DNA of 64,000 nucleotides from the human T2T-CHM13v2.0 reference genome, Homo sapiens, in assembly GCF_009914755.1 (NCBI RefSeq), contig NC_060926.1. One strand, 5' to 3'. This document shows positions 1 through 14,180 of the stretch, piece after piece (position 1 is the first letter of the stretch; every line of letters begins with the position of its first letter). Position numbers and translations under genes: made by a program. Under the pieces are notes generated by a model that saw nothing but the letters and a program-made list of their open reading frames with translations, ran no database searches and was not told the origin of the DNA.

Positions 1-1157
1 CTACCTTAGTTTAGTTACTTCTATGGTTGCATGTTTTTATACCCACCTATTCAGCCAAACCTTGCTTCAAGTCCCCTAAACACTCTGTCACCTTATATGT
101 TTAATTTTGGCTGGAAACAAATTGTCTCCCGATGTTTGTTCATTTGATTGGTTTTGTTAGTGTCAGTATTCGGATAAATAAGAAGTATATTTGTAAATGG
201 CTATTTTTCAAACTAAACACATAAAGACTAACTTCATAACAAAGTTTTTGTTACTGAATGGAAGCCACACTTTTAATTTGGGCTGCAACATAGATTTGCT
301 TTCTGAGTGCATTTTTTATACTTCTATAATTATGTCACTGGCATTCAGCATATCTTTTTAAATTACTTCAGGTTCTGCATGTGTGGTTTGATCTTCCAGC
401 CAGGCAGATAATGGAGTCTTGAGGCATTTCACAGTAGGTTGTGGAGGCCACTTCAATACAATATGTCCGTGTTTGTCTCCCCTCTGATTTAGAATATAAA
501 ATAAGATTATATTAATGTTATACAAGTAGTCATACCATATTAGAAGCATTTATAGCAAAAAGATGGTAGTTAAAGGGGTTATTTTCCTGCTATTTTGAAA
601 TAATACTTCATTATGTTTATTTTTTATTTATGCTCAAGATGGTAGAGAAATGGGAGGGAAACATAAGTGATATTGTGCTTTAGGCGAAAATCCAAAATGT
701 TTAAGTTTGTGGATTGGACCAGCTGTCCGGTGCAATCTGAGGGCTCTGAAAGAGAAATAAAAAAGAAAAAAAAAGTCCTAAAATTAAGTAGAGCCTCTCT
801 TAGTCACCAAGAGAAGTTTCTCCCACGTGAATATATTCTCTCTTGCATCTACTTGATTTGTTTGAATATTAGGCATTCCTTATTCAGCTTGACTGTTACA
901 ATAATACACATTCTCTTCCCTTCTGGTAGTAGCAAAGATAGCAGATCAGTTTATTAACTACATGCCAACTGTTCTGTTGCATTTCTTAAAATATGCAAAA
1001 GTCTAGAAAGTTAAAAATATTACCTTTGTCCAATAATCATATAGCCCAGAATTTGCACATACCTGAATTCTGCCAAGTAGATATACTCAGGAGATACTAA
1101 AAAGGTGGTTGGTGTTTCTGCTATTTCTGCCACTTCTATTCTAGTGTATGGGCTTTG

Positions 1158-1189
1158 CGTGTGTACGTGTGTGTGTGTGTTTGTGTGTG
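1158..1189. repeat. Imperfect (TG)n microsatellite
   Basis: cgtgtgtacgtgtgtgtgtgtgtttgtgtgtg. Confidence 0.8.
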
Positions 1190-2739
1190 GTAGTAGCAGC
1201 AAATATTATTTGGATTTACAAATGTCTAAAAGCAGGCCACAGTGCATCTGTTTGTGTTGTCGTGGGATCACAGCTGAAATAGTGTCCTCCTGAAGCAAAC
1301 AGCTTCCATGTGACCCAGCTTGCCGCCCATTGCCCTCCTTCCTGACAGTGGCAGATACTGCTACACTCTTGCAAAAAGAGTTTTAAATGTCATAGGAGTA
1401 TTTCTGAAAGTTTGGCCTACAGCTATCTCCCCTAGCACTTCCAATAATTTTTAAACATCTACTTCTTTGAATTACATCTTTTTCTGCATAAGCTAGCTAG
1501 AGTGGCTTTGGTGAGCTGCAATGGAACCCTAACCAGCACTCTTTTTACCCTTTCTTCAATAGTTTTTCTTCCAAAGAATTACTGCATTCTTAAATATTAC
1601 TTTAATATTTTCCTGAAGGACGGTGTTCATAATGTTAGATGTCTCCAACGGTTCCTTCCTAACTGCAGTGAAAATTCTCGCTTCCCTCCCAATAGCTATA
1701 AAAGCCTTTGATAATCTGGCTCATTGTGTGAATGTGTTTTCTCCTCTTTTCTTTCACATAACTAACAATAATGAATGTTGTCAATCATTAGGGAGAAATG
1801 CTTAATGATAAAGTATTTATAAGCAATACAACTACGTTTTTACACTATGGTTTTGTGGATCAATCAAAGAAATAACTTTAAGAAACTTAGTTTCCATGTG
1901 TAAGAAACTTCCTTATTAAAAGAGGCAAGAAATTGGAAATGTTTTGAAGAAACTGAGGCTGGATTAAGAATTATGAAATGAGATAGACTGTAATCCTGAA
2001 TATTTTCCATATCATGTTTTTATTAAAAGCAGTTTATATAGTGTCTAACCACCATTTTTTCTAGCAAAAAAAAACTTTTATTTAATTTGGTAAAGGTGGC
2101 ATTTATGACATCTTAAAGGCTCTGTATCTTTCCATGAGGATTCAAAGTATGTTATATACAATTCTTAACAAAATGTTGTTTCCTACTCACATTTTTAATA
2201 CAATTTTTTCTTCGTAAATGAAATATTATTTATAATAATAGCTACAATGTGATAAAATATGATGCAGTGTAATCATGTGTCTCTAATTTTTCATTTTCTT
2301 TAGGTTGATGGTTTTTTTAATGTCTGCATATAACAACACAGAAGAATTCGTTTGTAATATTACAAATATATTTTATTTAACTTTCTCACTCCTCTTCCAA
2401 TCTTAACAAACCAAGATGAGTTTAAGAGGGGAGTCGTTTTGATTTCCATTTAGTTAATTTAGTTAAGCAGTATCACACTCTTTTACGCTTCCTCAGCTTG
2501 TTTCCCTCAACTGGTGGGACCTATGAAAGAAAACACTACCTCATCTAGCTGATGAGAAAAGTCCATGAGTTGGGCAAGAATCAAGCTATGTCTACCTGGA
2601 GTTTAAGCCAACACATGTGCTGGAAATTGACATAAAGTTCTGGTACAGATTTTTTTGGTTCATCTGGGAAAGGTAGCTGTTCTTTTGAATAAAACTATTA
2701 AAGAAGAACATTTGTGATATTAAGGCATTTGCCTTCAAC

Positions 2740-3320
2740 AATGGCTATATTATTCCTTTTTTTGCATCCAATGATATTATTATAAAGCTTATTAACTAAT
2801 TTTTGTCCTTTGGCTGTTACCTAATTTTCATTTACATAAGCTTTTAAAATTTTCTCTTGGTCTTCAGTATTCTTAAAGGTCAACCCAATATACATTTCAT
2901 CTCTCAATAATATTATTTGATATTTTATGAGCCATTTTCATGTGAGGTCTTGGAATAATTTAACTTTTTCCTCTCTATTTTCTGTTTTTAATTTTTTTGT
3001 GTGTGGAAACATTGCTTTGTTGACCCATTTACTTCCCCATTTGAAAATAGGTTAACCTATCTATATAGATTAATCTCTTGCCTTTCTATTTCCCCTCAGT
3101 TTCAGTCTTTTAATAATTTTCTTTTTGCTACTTTACTTTAGTTGTTTTATGTTTTATTCATATATCTTCAGCTGTTTCCTCTTTAATTTTTTTGTTTCTG
3201 CTTCATGTCTTTTTTATTTTTTTGAGATCATTATTTTATTTATGCGTATGCTGTTTATTTTACTGTCTTTAATTCTCATACTGTTTTTTCTAATTACAAT
3301 TCCTTTGAGATGATAAATTG
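2740..3320 (-). mobile_element. Ancient L1 (L1ME-like) fragment
   Basis: T-rich tract with degenerate antisense L1 ORF1-type wording (aagcttttaaaattttctcttggtcttcagtattct). Boundaries approximate. Confidence 0.45.
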
Positions 3321-5518
3321 TATGTCCTTAGGTTGAAAGACTAAACTGTGGCACCCCTGGGATGTTTGGGTTATGTACACAAGCTCCCCAAGGCAGAGAT
3401 CCTCTAGCATTTAAACCACCTTCTTAATTACTAGGTTCAAGCATCTCCCTACTTTTTTTTCTAATAGGTAGCTTTGTCTCCCAGATAATGCATCTGAATT
3501 TCCACCACAGACACTGCTCTTTTCTGAAAACTGCCCTCACTGACCTTGTACATCTCACCCCAGGATATGGAAAGATGGGCAAGAGGGAATACCCAGAGCC
3601 CAGGCTAACTGTTGCAAGCATTGTTGTTGACTGTCCTTTCCAGCCAGGTCCAAGTGTTGCACCCTCCTAGTTTGCTCCCACCATTTTTAGCTGATATTGG
3701 TCTAGAAATACACAATTTACATCCCGCAACATTGAAAGGATAAACTGATCTGCAATGCATGATATGAGTAAGAAACAGAAGGGACAGAGGCAGAAGCTGT
3801 TAAGTCTGTTAAGCTTTTTGCCTACCATGGATACCATTTTCCCCATAGTGGGGCCTAATTAATTTACTTTTCTCAAAGTTCCTATTAGAAATTTCTCAGG
3901 GTTTTCTTAGGTTTTTGTTCTCTCTAACTCCTTCTCATTTGAGGGGAAACTCCAGATTTTTTTTTTCAGTGTCCCATCTTAGAAGAAGAGCTTAGAATGT
4001 CATCAGGTTAATTTTCATTTATCCTTTATTTCAGGAGAGGTGAAACTTCCTGTGGAAAGCCCTCCCTCAGCTCCCCAAAACCTGATGTAAATTATGTGAT
4101 CCACCATTTTCTTTCTTAGCTCCTATAGAAATAATTTTCATAGATGTGACTTGTAGAATTGAATATCTTTTGATTTACTCTTTCGTATCAATTAGTTTTT
4201 TAAACATTTCCCTAAACATTTTAACTTTTAGACTCCAGGAAAACTATGATGGATGTCATATTTATAAAAAGCTAAATTGGGACCCAAGAAGATGTTCTAT
4301 ACAAACAGGATAGGTAAAGGAAAAACTCAAGCTTCTACCAAGTTACACTGTAAATAAAATTCAGGGGAAGAAATAGCAAGAAAGTTAGACACCAATGTTC
4401 TTGATTAGCCTTCTTTCATGGTGAAAACTAGAATTGAGGAGCTAGGCAAATATGAGAGATACTGAAAATTACTAAAAACTTATTTTCTTATAACTGTGGG
4501 TTTGATCCCACAAGATGACAAAAAGTAGGCATGTAAGTTTCCATCTTGATACTCCAACTAACATTTGAATGAGAAATGGCATGAAGATTCTGATGGGAGG
4601 AAACTAGAAAGATAATTGTGTAGAAGAATCCAGAAATTCTTGCATATCCTGGATAAAGGTTGCAGAGTTCAGTAACAAAACTCATTTTGAAGGAGGGGAT
4701 AAATTATGTAGTCACTATGTATCTGAGAAAAAAAGTCCTGCAAACACAAACTCTTGTCTATACTCTCTAAATCATTGATGGACCTTTATGACTGCCTGTC
4801 TAAAGAACAGATAAGATGAGCAACTTTATAGAATATAGCAGCTAGGATGCACAGGACATCAGGTAGACATGAGCAATCCCATTTCTGAGTTTGCCCCCAA
4901 AATTCTCTTTCTGCATATCAGGGCAATATTTTGAAAAAGAGGAGAAGGAAGATGGAAAAGCATAAAAGCTTCCAAGCCACTAAAAAGAGCACCTAAGAGT
5001 AATCAACAACACACTAGTCCCATACTGTTTAGTAGGCTTGTGAACATGAATATAAAAAAATAAATTGGGTACAATGAAGTAAAATCTGCACATCTGTGTA
5101 GTGTGAATAGATTATCATATTACAGTAGTATTTATCACACTTTTACTATTGCAATATTAAAATTGCCTACTTAATTTTGTTATTCAATGTGATTTTGAAC
5201 TTACTGAAATAACAATATTTTTCTCTTCAGCATTTGTATTCCCCTAAACAAACACTGTTATTATGATGTAGGAGTCACTTAATAATTACCTACTGAGTAT
5301 ATTTAATAAATGGTACATAAAAATGAAATAATCTCAGTAAAGTTTCCAGGTGTTTTCTTTGATTTTCCATACATCACCAGTATGGACTATTATATTTCAA
5401 TTAGCCTAAGTGTCTTAATATTCTTGCTAGAAAAATAGTGATATAAAAGGTAATGATGATTCTATGAAGATAACTCTTGTTCCAGAAGAATATAATAGAA
5501 ATAAAAGTAAGAATAACA

Positions 5519-5520
<2 letters not shown>

Positions 5521-5561
<41 letters not shown>
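5521..5561. repeat. (AC)20 microsatellite
   Basis: Perfect AC run seen directly. Confidence 0.98.
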
Positions 5562-5564
<3 letters not shown>

Positions 5565-6433
5565 GAGTTAATTTGGGTGGCCTATGTGTTGGCATATAAA
5601 CTTCTTGATCTTGTCAAAAACAGTTTCGTATAGAAACACTGTTGTATTTGAACTTGAACATTCATCTCACAAAGAGGCAAAAAACCCTGCTGGCAAGTAC
5701 CATAATATCCTTAAAATATATGGATTAAAGTAAATGTGGTGAACTGATACTTATTATGGTTTGGTGAGTTTGAAAATTTGTTTTTCAAATAAAAATTTCT
5801 TAACTGTATTCATCTATGGCTGGAACACCAATATGGAAGCCAATGATATGATACTATTCATTCCACATTAGTCTATTAACATCATTGTTTAGTTCATACT
5901 TTAAAAATAAATTCATCAAATAAGGCCATTGATGTGTCAGAGCATATATCAGTTATAGCTCAGTATAAGTACTACTTGACTAATAAAATATATAGAAACA
6001 TAAATAATATAGTTTAAATACATCAAAAAGGGTGAATGCACTAAATTAAAAATTAATTATATTTCCAATTAATTTTCCACTTTGCCTTTGAGATAAAGTG
6101 ACACATTCTTACTTAAATCTAAAGTTGCATAAATTTTAAGAGCAACTCCAGTGTAAAGACCAGATTTTTGCAGAAGTTGATGTCTTGTTATAACTGACCT
6201 TTAGGGCAAATACATTAGTTATATTTTTATCTGTGCATCTAAGTTATAAAACTAGTTTTTCCGTGAAACCAAATGAATTTAGTAAATTCACTAAAAACTT
6301 CCTATGGGAATGCTGCATGACATTCTGGTTTAAAACTTATCCAGAAAAAAACACAAATATTTATGCAGATTTAAATCCAAAGAGATCATTTTGATAGATA
6401 CTATTACCATTGAATTTTAGATTATCTTAATGG

Positions 6434-6478
6434 ATATATATATGTGTGTGTATATATATGTATGCACATATATATATA
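6434..6478. repeat. Mixed (TA)/(TG) low-complexity microsatellite
   Basis: atatatatatgtgtgtgtatatatatgtatgcacatatatatata. Confidence 0.8.
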
Positions 6479-6826
6479 CTTTCATTCCTTTTTATTTGTA
6501 AAATTGAACTTGGCAAATTCTGCATGCTTTCTTAGTATACATGTTCTGAAGTGAATTTTAATAATAAAAGAAAGTAATATTTGAGTCATGCAAATACACA
6601 TTGATTAATCCAAGCTTGTCAGCTTTCATTCCTCTCATAAAACTAGAGCAGGCCTCAACATGCTTATTGTGTTTTAAATATAACAAGCTAGAATAGCTTT
6701 GGGTCAATAACTTTTAGATAATTTGAAATGTGGAATGTTTAAGGAAAACTCTTACCAAAGTATCACACTTAACACAATGTAATTACTATCAGGAATTCTC
6801 ATTTCCTTTATAACATAATACAATTT

Positions 6827-7135
6827 ATGACATTCCCCAATTTATGATGATTTGACTTATGATTTTTTAACTTTACCATGTGTGAAAGCAATACACTTTT
6901 AGTAGAAGACATACTTCAGTACAGGATTGAATACATTACATGAGATATTTGACACTTTATTATAAAATAGGTTTTGTGTTATATTATTTTGCCCAACTGT
7001 AGACTAATGTAAATGTTCTGAACAAATTTAAGGTAGTCTAGGCTAAGCTATGCTGTTCAGTAGGTGAAATGTATAAATGCACTTTCTACTTACGATGGGT
7101 TTATCATAACCCCCACTTAAGTCAAGAAGCATCTA
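6827..7135 (-). mobile_element. MER47A-like non-autonomous TcMar-Tigger DNA transposon
   Basis: Both ends resemble MER47 TIRs (gacattccccaatttatgatg... and ...taagtcaagaagcatct). Internal ggctaagctatg, ttttgcccaactgtag and acttacgatgggtttatc match the recalled consensus in antisense. Confidence 0.8.
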
Positions 7136-7459
7136 TGCTAAGACACATACATATCCTAGAGATAAGGTTATTCTTTCTATATATCTATTTTTAAACAATT
7201 GAATTGCAAAATGAGTTATTAGATCATTTCCCAGTAATCGAATTGTTTTTTGAGAAAAGATATACTTCAGAGAAAAAGAAGAATAAATATATTACAAAGA
7301 GTTGTTTCCTAGAAGATAAAAAAATATGATTATAAGATAAATTATGTAAAATAATATCAAAGTATTTCTAAAGAGAATGTATCCTAGAACTTAGTCTGAA
7401 AATGCAGACTTATTTTTAAACATTTATTTAATTTTTAAAGTCTTTCATATAAATATATA

Positions 7460-7795
7460 GTCATCAATCACTGAACACCTATTGTGTGACAGCCAACTGC
7501 TAGCTATGTGTTATAAGATTAAATCCTTCAATATTAAAAGGAAGATGTAATGCCATGATAAAGATACAGAAATTAAAGTTGATTACATCTGAATACTCAG
7601 TAATCAATGGAGTGAGTTTTAACACCAGTTAATCTGACTCCTAGGCTTATGCTTCTAACCACTCTATTAACCTGTATCACTTTGCTTCTGTGAACTCTCA
7701 TAATTACCCTATGAAATGAGTATTACCATCTGCTCTTGACAGGCAGACTAATTGACACTTAGGAATTAAAAGTAACTACCAAAGCTCACATGGAT
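7460..7795 (-). mobile_element. L2 3' fragment followed by MIR fragments
   Basis: actgaacacctattgtgtgacag (L2 end). aatctgactcctaggcttatgcttctaaccact and accctatgaaatgagtattaccatc (MIR). Confidence 0.55.
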
Positions 7796-7834
7796 AATTA
7801 TTATTAACTAAACTGTGTTTTTTTGTACATTTTA

Positions 7835-8343
7835 TATCATGGTCAGTTAAGTGAGGCCATAAAAGGAAACACAGGAGAGGTCAGGAAGACAAAGTTTATT
7901 ATACTCAGGGGTCCTAGAGACAGGAAGCATGGCACGCCACACAGGGCCACGTGAGACAGACACCAGGGTAGTCAGGTAGCAGAAGACAAGAGCAAGGAGA
8001 AAGCATTAGGGGTTTTAGGTAGGGCAGGGTGACAGTTTAGGATTGGCTGGTTTGAATAATTTCAGGGAGCTCTAAACTATAGGGATAGTCCCTACTTGCC
8101 TCGTACCTGGCCCTGGGATGATTAAGACAGAGGAATATTGTCTCCTGGAGTGTAAGAGCTACGTAGAGGAGGTGTGGCTTTCGACTGGCTTGTTTGCATA
8201 TCAAAGTCATACTCCTGGTGGTTCTTTGCTTTCTGTAAGCACTGACTATCCCTAAGAAGAGCAGTTCTTCTTCTGCTAAAAAGATTTTTTAAGACACCAA
8301 AATATCATGTTATATACAAAATTTACAAAATATATACCATACA
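7835..8343 (-). mobile_element. ERVL-class solo LTR (MER74/MER54-like)
   Basis: Reverse complement reads tgtatggtatatatttt...ctttgatatgcaaacaagccagtc...cccagggccaggtac...tgaaattattcaaaccagccaatcctaaac...aataaac, typical of the MER74/MER54 group. Confidence 0.65.
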
Positions 8344-10819
8344 CTGGGGTTCCAATTTTGTTTGTTAAACCTAGCAAATTCCCATTGCCTCTCTACTCAC
8401 ATAAGACCTGTCTTATGTGGGGGTGGGAGAATGTCTCTAAAGTGATGTAACATCGTTTCAGGATACATTCCTTAGCTGAAAGATGCACGGGGCATACCAG
8501 AATTGTCCATGCCCTTGCACCGCACCAGTAATATTTTGTTGGTATCAAAAGAAAACACATGCATGTAGAAAGAATATCATTCTATTTTGTCACAGGGCTC
8601 TGCTCAATTTTTTTCTTTCATCCTAAAAGGAGGACTAGACACACTTGATTTGAGTTGCCAACTCCTGAGCTGTGAGAACATAATACCTAATTCCCAGGGA
8701 GCAATGCCAAGGATGTTATGTGAGTCAAATGCCTGATTGCAGTAATATCAGCAGCCCCTATGACCAAGTTAGATCTGGAGGGATGGGAAGGTCAACTACA
8801 TCTTACCAAATACCATGCACTGTGGGCAGAGGGAAATGTGAGGACTTGAAATAATTTGGCTACAGCATTATATCTCTCAAGTTAAAATGTGACAATCAAT
8901 CCCACATGAAGGCTAAATAATGAGAAAAACCATACATCCTGACTTGCAGGCAGGGCACAGGAGTTTTTTATATGTTGGGGACAGCAAGGACATTCTGAAG
9001 AATAGTGGCTCCACTGCACATGTCAAATGCTCGCTAGTCTAAAGCAGTTAGTGTAGAAAAGTAAATGCATGAACAAATTTATTCTTTAGGAACAAATATG
9101 TTCCCAATATTTCACTTTAACAATAATTATACTATACCCTAATTTACAAAAAATGCATCCTTCTTTGCCTATACTTCATTATTTGGAATATAATATTTCA
9201 GTGTTCCTTAATGTTACTAAATGAAAACCAAAAGTGCAAGGGCAAGAATCAATGCAAACTGAGAGTAGCTTTCTATGATTGAAAAAAGAGAAGGTTATGA
9301 AGATTTCAGCAATTCTGAATGTCCATGCTTTTTCAAAGCACTAATTCTGAGATATAGCCATTTTTATTACCATACAGGAATGGAGACTCTGGTAGCGAGA
9401 TTGGATTTTTCAAAAGAAACAGGTGATCTTGGTGTTTTAAAATCAGTTCCTTTTTATTCAGAAAGAAATAATATTAAATAAATTCTGTGTGGATGAACAT
9501 TATATAAAATACCACAAGCGCTTTCATCTAAATCTAATCCAAATGTTCCCATTTTCAACTTCTGCTGGAGTGTGCAACATCATTGAGATTTCAGGGTATT
9601 CAAGGATTTTAGAGAAATGCTGGAAGAAATCATGTGGCTCAGATTAGCATCAATGTCCAGGAAACATATAATGACCTATTCCAAATCCCTGCTGTTATTG
9701 TTACTTCATTTTATCGGCTGCCATACTTGGGCAAGTTCACCACTCCTTTGGATATGTTTAACTCCTCTGTCAAAGGGACTGTAATCCAAATATTGACATG
9801 AAAAAGGTTTGTTTTAAAAGTCAAGCATTAATAAGGGTATATTAAATTAGTATGCCTAATAAACTATTCAGTCTGTTAATTAACAAGTGATCCACAATTG
9901 TCTCCATGCATCCAAGCACACTCATATCTACATTTATTATTTTCACTGCTTTAATCTGCATATATTTGCAAACGACAGAAAAGAGGAAGATTAAATGGGA
10001 TTGCAGGGAACAGGCATTCTCAGAATTATTCCTATGTCAGTAACCAAGATTCATCTATAAATCTGCATTTTCTGCACTGCTTCCCTAAGACTATTTGCAG
10101 TATAATCACCAGTAGGACCAGTTGCCCCAAACATTCAATTTAGTTAAGCCCAAAGCTATATCAAATTTTAAGCATGAAAATTGTTGTGTTCTTTCTGATT
10201 TAGATTAGTTCTTATTAAAAAAACAAGGAAATATTCAGAGAGAAAAATTTCTTTTCTTAAATACAAAATAATTTTCACATAAACCAAAAAAACAGTGCTA
10301 TGTCAGGTCTCTTTTTCTAAATCACGAAAACAAAGGAAGAAGGTTATCTCAAATTAGACAATAATAAAATTATACACAATAATATTATTTAAAATTATTT
10401 ATTTAGATTTCATGGTGAATTTTCCTAGGCGGGCTATGTTAATCCTTCACAGTTCAATAATTTTATATGATATGTCTGCCATTTATATTTATATCATAAC
10501 AGTCTTAAATTGGTTACAGTTATCTGAGAGTGGCTTTCAATTAATTATATGACTAAGATGAAGGAAACATTAGTATCCAGGAATTCTGTCCTGTTACCAT
10601 GAGGATATGCCTCTCACTGTCATCTGATGAGGAAGTGGGTACTAATTTCTAAATGATTCCACAAAATTTCCTTTTCAAGGACAGTTTTATAGAATAATCC
10701 TATTCCATTCTGATTATTTGCTATAATTGACAGTGCTACAATACTTAAGTATTGACTTTTGACTTGCCTAGTTACTATGACATTGCCAACATCATTTCTT
10801 TTATTTTTACTTTTTTTCC

Positions 10820-11212
10820 ACAATTTTTTCATTGTGGTAAAATGTATGAAACATAAAAGTTACCACATTAACCATTTTTACATGTACAGAACATTGGCAT
10901 TAAGTACATTCCTATTTTTTGCATATTTTTGTACAATTATCACTATCCATCCACCTCTAGAACTCTTTCCATCTTGTAATACTGAAACTCTGTATCTATT
11001 AAACAATGACTCTCCATTTTCCCCACCAGAGCCCCTGTTAACCACCATTCCACTTTGTGTCTTTATGATTATGGCTACTCTAAGTATGCCATATAAATGG
11101 AATCACACAATACTTATGTTTGTGTGACTGGCTTATTTCATTTACCACAATGTTCTTAAAGGTCTTTTATGTCATTATGCCTATGTCAGAATTTCCTTCC
11201 TTTTTGAGACTG
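10820..11212 (-). mobile_element. L1MB-type 3' end
   Basis: ttttcattgtggtaaaat...taccacattaaccattttta...gcattaagtacatt...actgaaactctgtatctattaaacaatgactc...tgtgactggcttatttcattta. Confidence 0.85.
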
Positions 11213-13430
11213 ATTGATAAGAAGATGTATACTTCTCTTATGTTGCTATTTGTTTTCCATACACCCTATAGGTTTTTGGCCCTTATATATTGCATTACTG
11301 TTTTCTTTTATACTTAGTTAATTTTTATAGTGAAATGTTTACATTTATTTCAAAATTTTCTTTTGCATATATTCTATGTCTGTTTTCTTTGTACTTACCA
11401 TGAGACTTGCATTTAACATCCTAAAGTTAGTTAGACAGTACTTATGAATTAAAAGTAACTTTAATTTGAATTTATACCAGCTTAACTTCAAAATAATACA
11501 ACCATGCTACTCATTTACATATCTGACTGCATTCCTTTCTGTTGTTGATGTTGAAAATTACATTTTTATAAATCATATGGCTAAAAACATAAACTAATAA
11601 GTTTTAAAATATACTTTAGCCTCTTACATGGAAAACAAAATGTGGAGTTATAAACCAAAGTTACAATAACACTAGCATTATTAGACTAAATATTGTGTTT
11701 TAAAAAATGTATTACTCTCTTACATTGTGTAGAAATCAAAAAATGGAGTTACAAACCATTTTCACAATAACTCTAGCTTTTAAAATTACCTATGTATTTA
11801 CTTTACTGAGATTTTTATTTCTTTATACAGCTTTAAGTTACTGTCTATTCTCCTTTCTTTTCAACCTTAGGTACTCCTGTTAGTATTTCTTGCAGGGCAG
11901 GTATGATGGCAACAAATTCCATAAGCTATTGTTTATCTGAGAATGTCTTAATTATTTTTCCCTTTGAAGGACAGTTTTGCTGGAAATGGAATTCTTGTTG
12001 CAGACTTTTTATTTTAGCAGTTTGAATATATCAGCACACTGCCTTCTGGCCTCCCAGGTTTCTGATAAGAAATCTGCTCATAATCTTACTGATGATCCCT
12101 TGATGTGATGACTCACTTCTCTCTAGCTGCTTTCAAGATTCTGTTTTTGGCTTTGGCTTTTTACAGTTTGATTATAATGTGTCTTGGTGTGAGTCTCTTC
12201 GAATTCATCTTTGTTGGAGTTTGATGAGGTTCTTTGATGTTCATGTTCATGTCTTTAATCAAATTTGAGAAATGTTTGGCTACTGTTTTGTCAAATATTT
12301 TCTCTGTTCTTTTTTCTCTCTATTCCTCTTCTGGAACTCCCACATTGTGTATGTTAGTCAGCTTGATGGTGTCCCACAGGTCTTTTACTCTCTGTTCAAT
12401 TTTCTTAAATATTTTTTCCCTTTCTTCCTGAGATTCCAGAGATCTCAATGTCCATTGTTCTATCTTCAAGTTTAATGATTCCTCTGCCTCCTCAATCTAC
12501 TTCATTCAACTTTTGAATGTTTCAATCTACTTTTGAATCCCTCTAGTCAATTTTTAATTTCAGGTAATGTACTTTTTAGGTCAAGATTTTTTTGGTGTTT
12601 TTTTAAATCTCTATTGATATTTTCATTTTTATTTATACATTATTTTATTGACTTTATCCATTTTTCCTTTAGTTCTTTGAGCATGTTTAAGACAGATCTT
12701 TTAAAGTTCTTGTCTAGTAGATGTGCTATTAGGTCTTTTTCAGGGACATTTTCTCTTGGCTTATTTTTTCCCTTTGAATGGGTCATATTTCCTATTTCTT
12801 CATATGCTTTGTGATTCTTTGTTGAAAACCGGACATTTGAATCTAATTATATGGTAAATAAGGCAATAAGATTCTTCCCTTTCTCAGAGTTGCTGCATTT
12901 TATTGCTTTTTTCTTTCTTTCTCTCTCTGTTTTTTTTTTTTTTTTCCCCATTGTTGTAGGCTGTCACTGTGCTGAGAATCAGCATAATGTGTAAACAATG
13001 GTCTCCTCAGCTATTCTGAGCCTGAACTTTCCCCTGGGCATGTATGACCATGTTTCTATTTCTCCATATTAGTAGTTCCTTTTGAATTCCCTAGCCTTTT
13101 ATGTCTGGTACCCAACAGAAGAAAAAAAAAATAAAGAGGGGAAAGAGTGTTAGCCCTTTAAATCTCCTGGAAGTAACTTTAGCAGGATGGGGAGAGGCAG
13201 CTTGCAACAATGCTGGAGGCTGAACAATAATGACTGCCCAATTGTTTGTCTACTATTGTTATCAGAAGCAGTAATTGATCAGAACATAGATCTCTGAATT
13301 TGGGAAAACAAATCCTTTTTGCCCAACTTGGCTCCCACAAGCTGTGATCATGTTCTCCGTCAATGTGTGCACAGCTGCATGCCATAGGGCTGATGGTGGG
13401 GATGGTAACTGCTATTGTGTTAAGAGATGT
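11213..13430 (-). mobile_element. Old L1M ORF1/5' region (antisense)
   Basis: tgtttatctgagaatgtcttaat, tttgaaggacagttttgctgga, gccttctggcctcccaggtttctgataagaaatctgct, ctagctgctttcaagatt: antisense L1M ORF1 motifs, followed by a 5'UTR-like section. Confidence 0.8.
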
Positions 13431-14102
13431 TTCCTAGATAAATCTTTCTATATTTGGTTCATTTGTCTTAATTGACAGTACGGCAATACTCAAATATTTA
13501 CTTATAAACTGCTTGCTACCTATTGTTCTATTAACATAGTTTCTTTAAAAAATGAAAAAAAATTAAATACACATAACACATATTTCAGTATAATACATAA
13601 TAAAGGTCTATATAGGAATACATAAAGGTATGTTGCTTCAGGTTTTATGTCCCAGTATGGGTTCTTCTTGGCCTAGAGTACACCGTATCAAAGCATCTTT
13701 TGGAATTGACAAGGCATTTAGCAACGTACAGAAAATTAAAGAAGGGCTTCAATTGTTTTTAAAAAAACTGGATGATTTTTCAAGATGTATCTCTCAAACA
13801 ACATTCTCATTTTTTAAGTGAGCACCTAGACCCAAGTTTTAGAACAATAATCTGAACTAACCCCTGACTCTCTAGATCTTCTCATCTTAGTCTTATATAT
13901 ATCTTTATCACAAGCAGAAACTATTTTATTTGCTCATATACCTGCTTATTTCTTTTGTTAAAATGTAATAACCAGAAATGCACAGACTATATTTGTTTTT
14001 TAATCCCATTGGTCAACTCACTGCTTAACACTTAGGCACTAAATTAGTATATATGCCATGTAGCCATCTCTGCTGGGTTTCTGTATCTCTTAATGGGAAA
14101 GC

Positions 14103-14180
14103 TATATATACGTATATATATACGTATATATATACGTATATATATACGTATATATATACGTATATATATGTGTATATATA

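Noticed and set aside
350-1070. Possible splice sites near the window start (acceptor at 371; minus-strand donors near 1024 and 1061)
   Set aside because: No well-paired acceptor and donor and no coherent reading frame.
7763-11460. 15-bp match gaattaaaagtaact at 7763 and 11446
   Set aside because: A short AT-rich match at chance level, with no flanking duplication signature.
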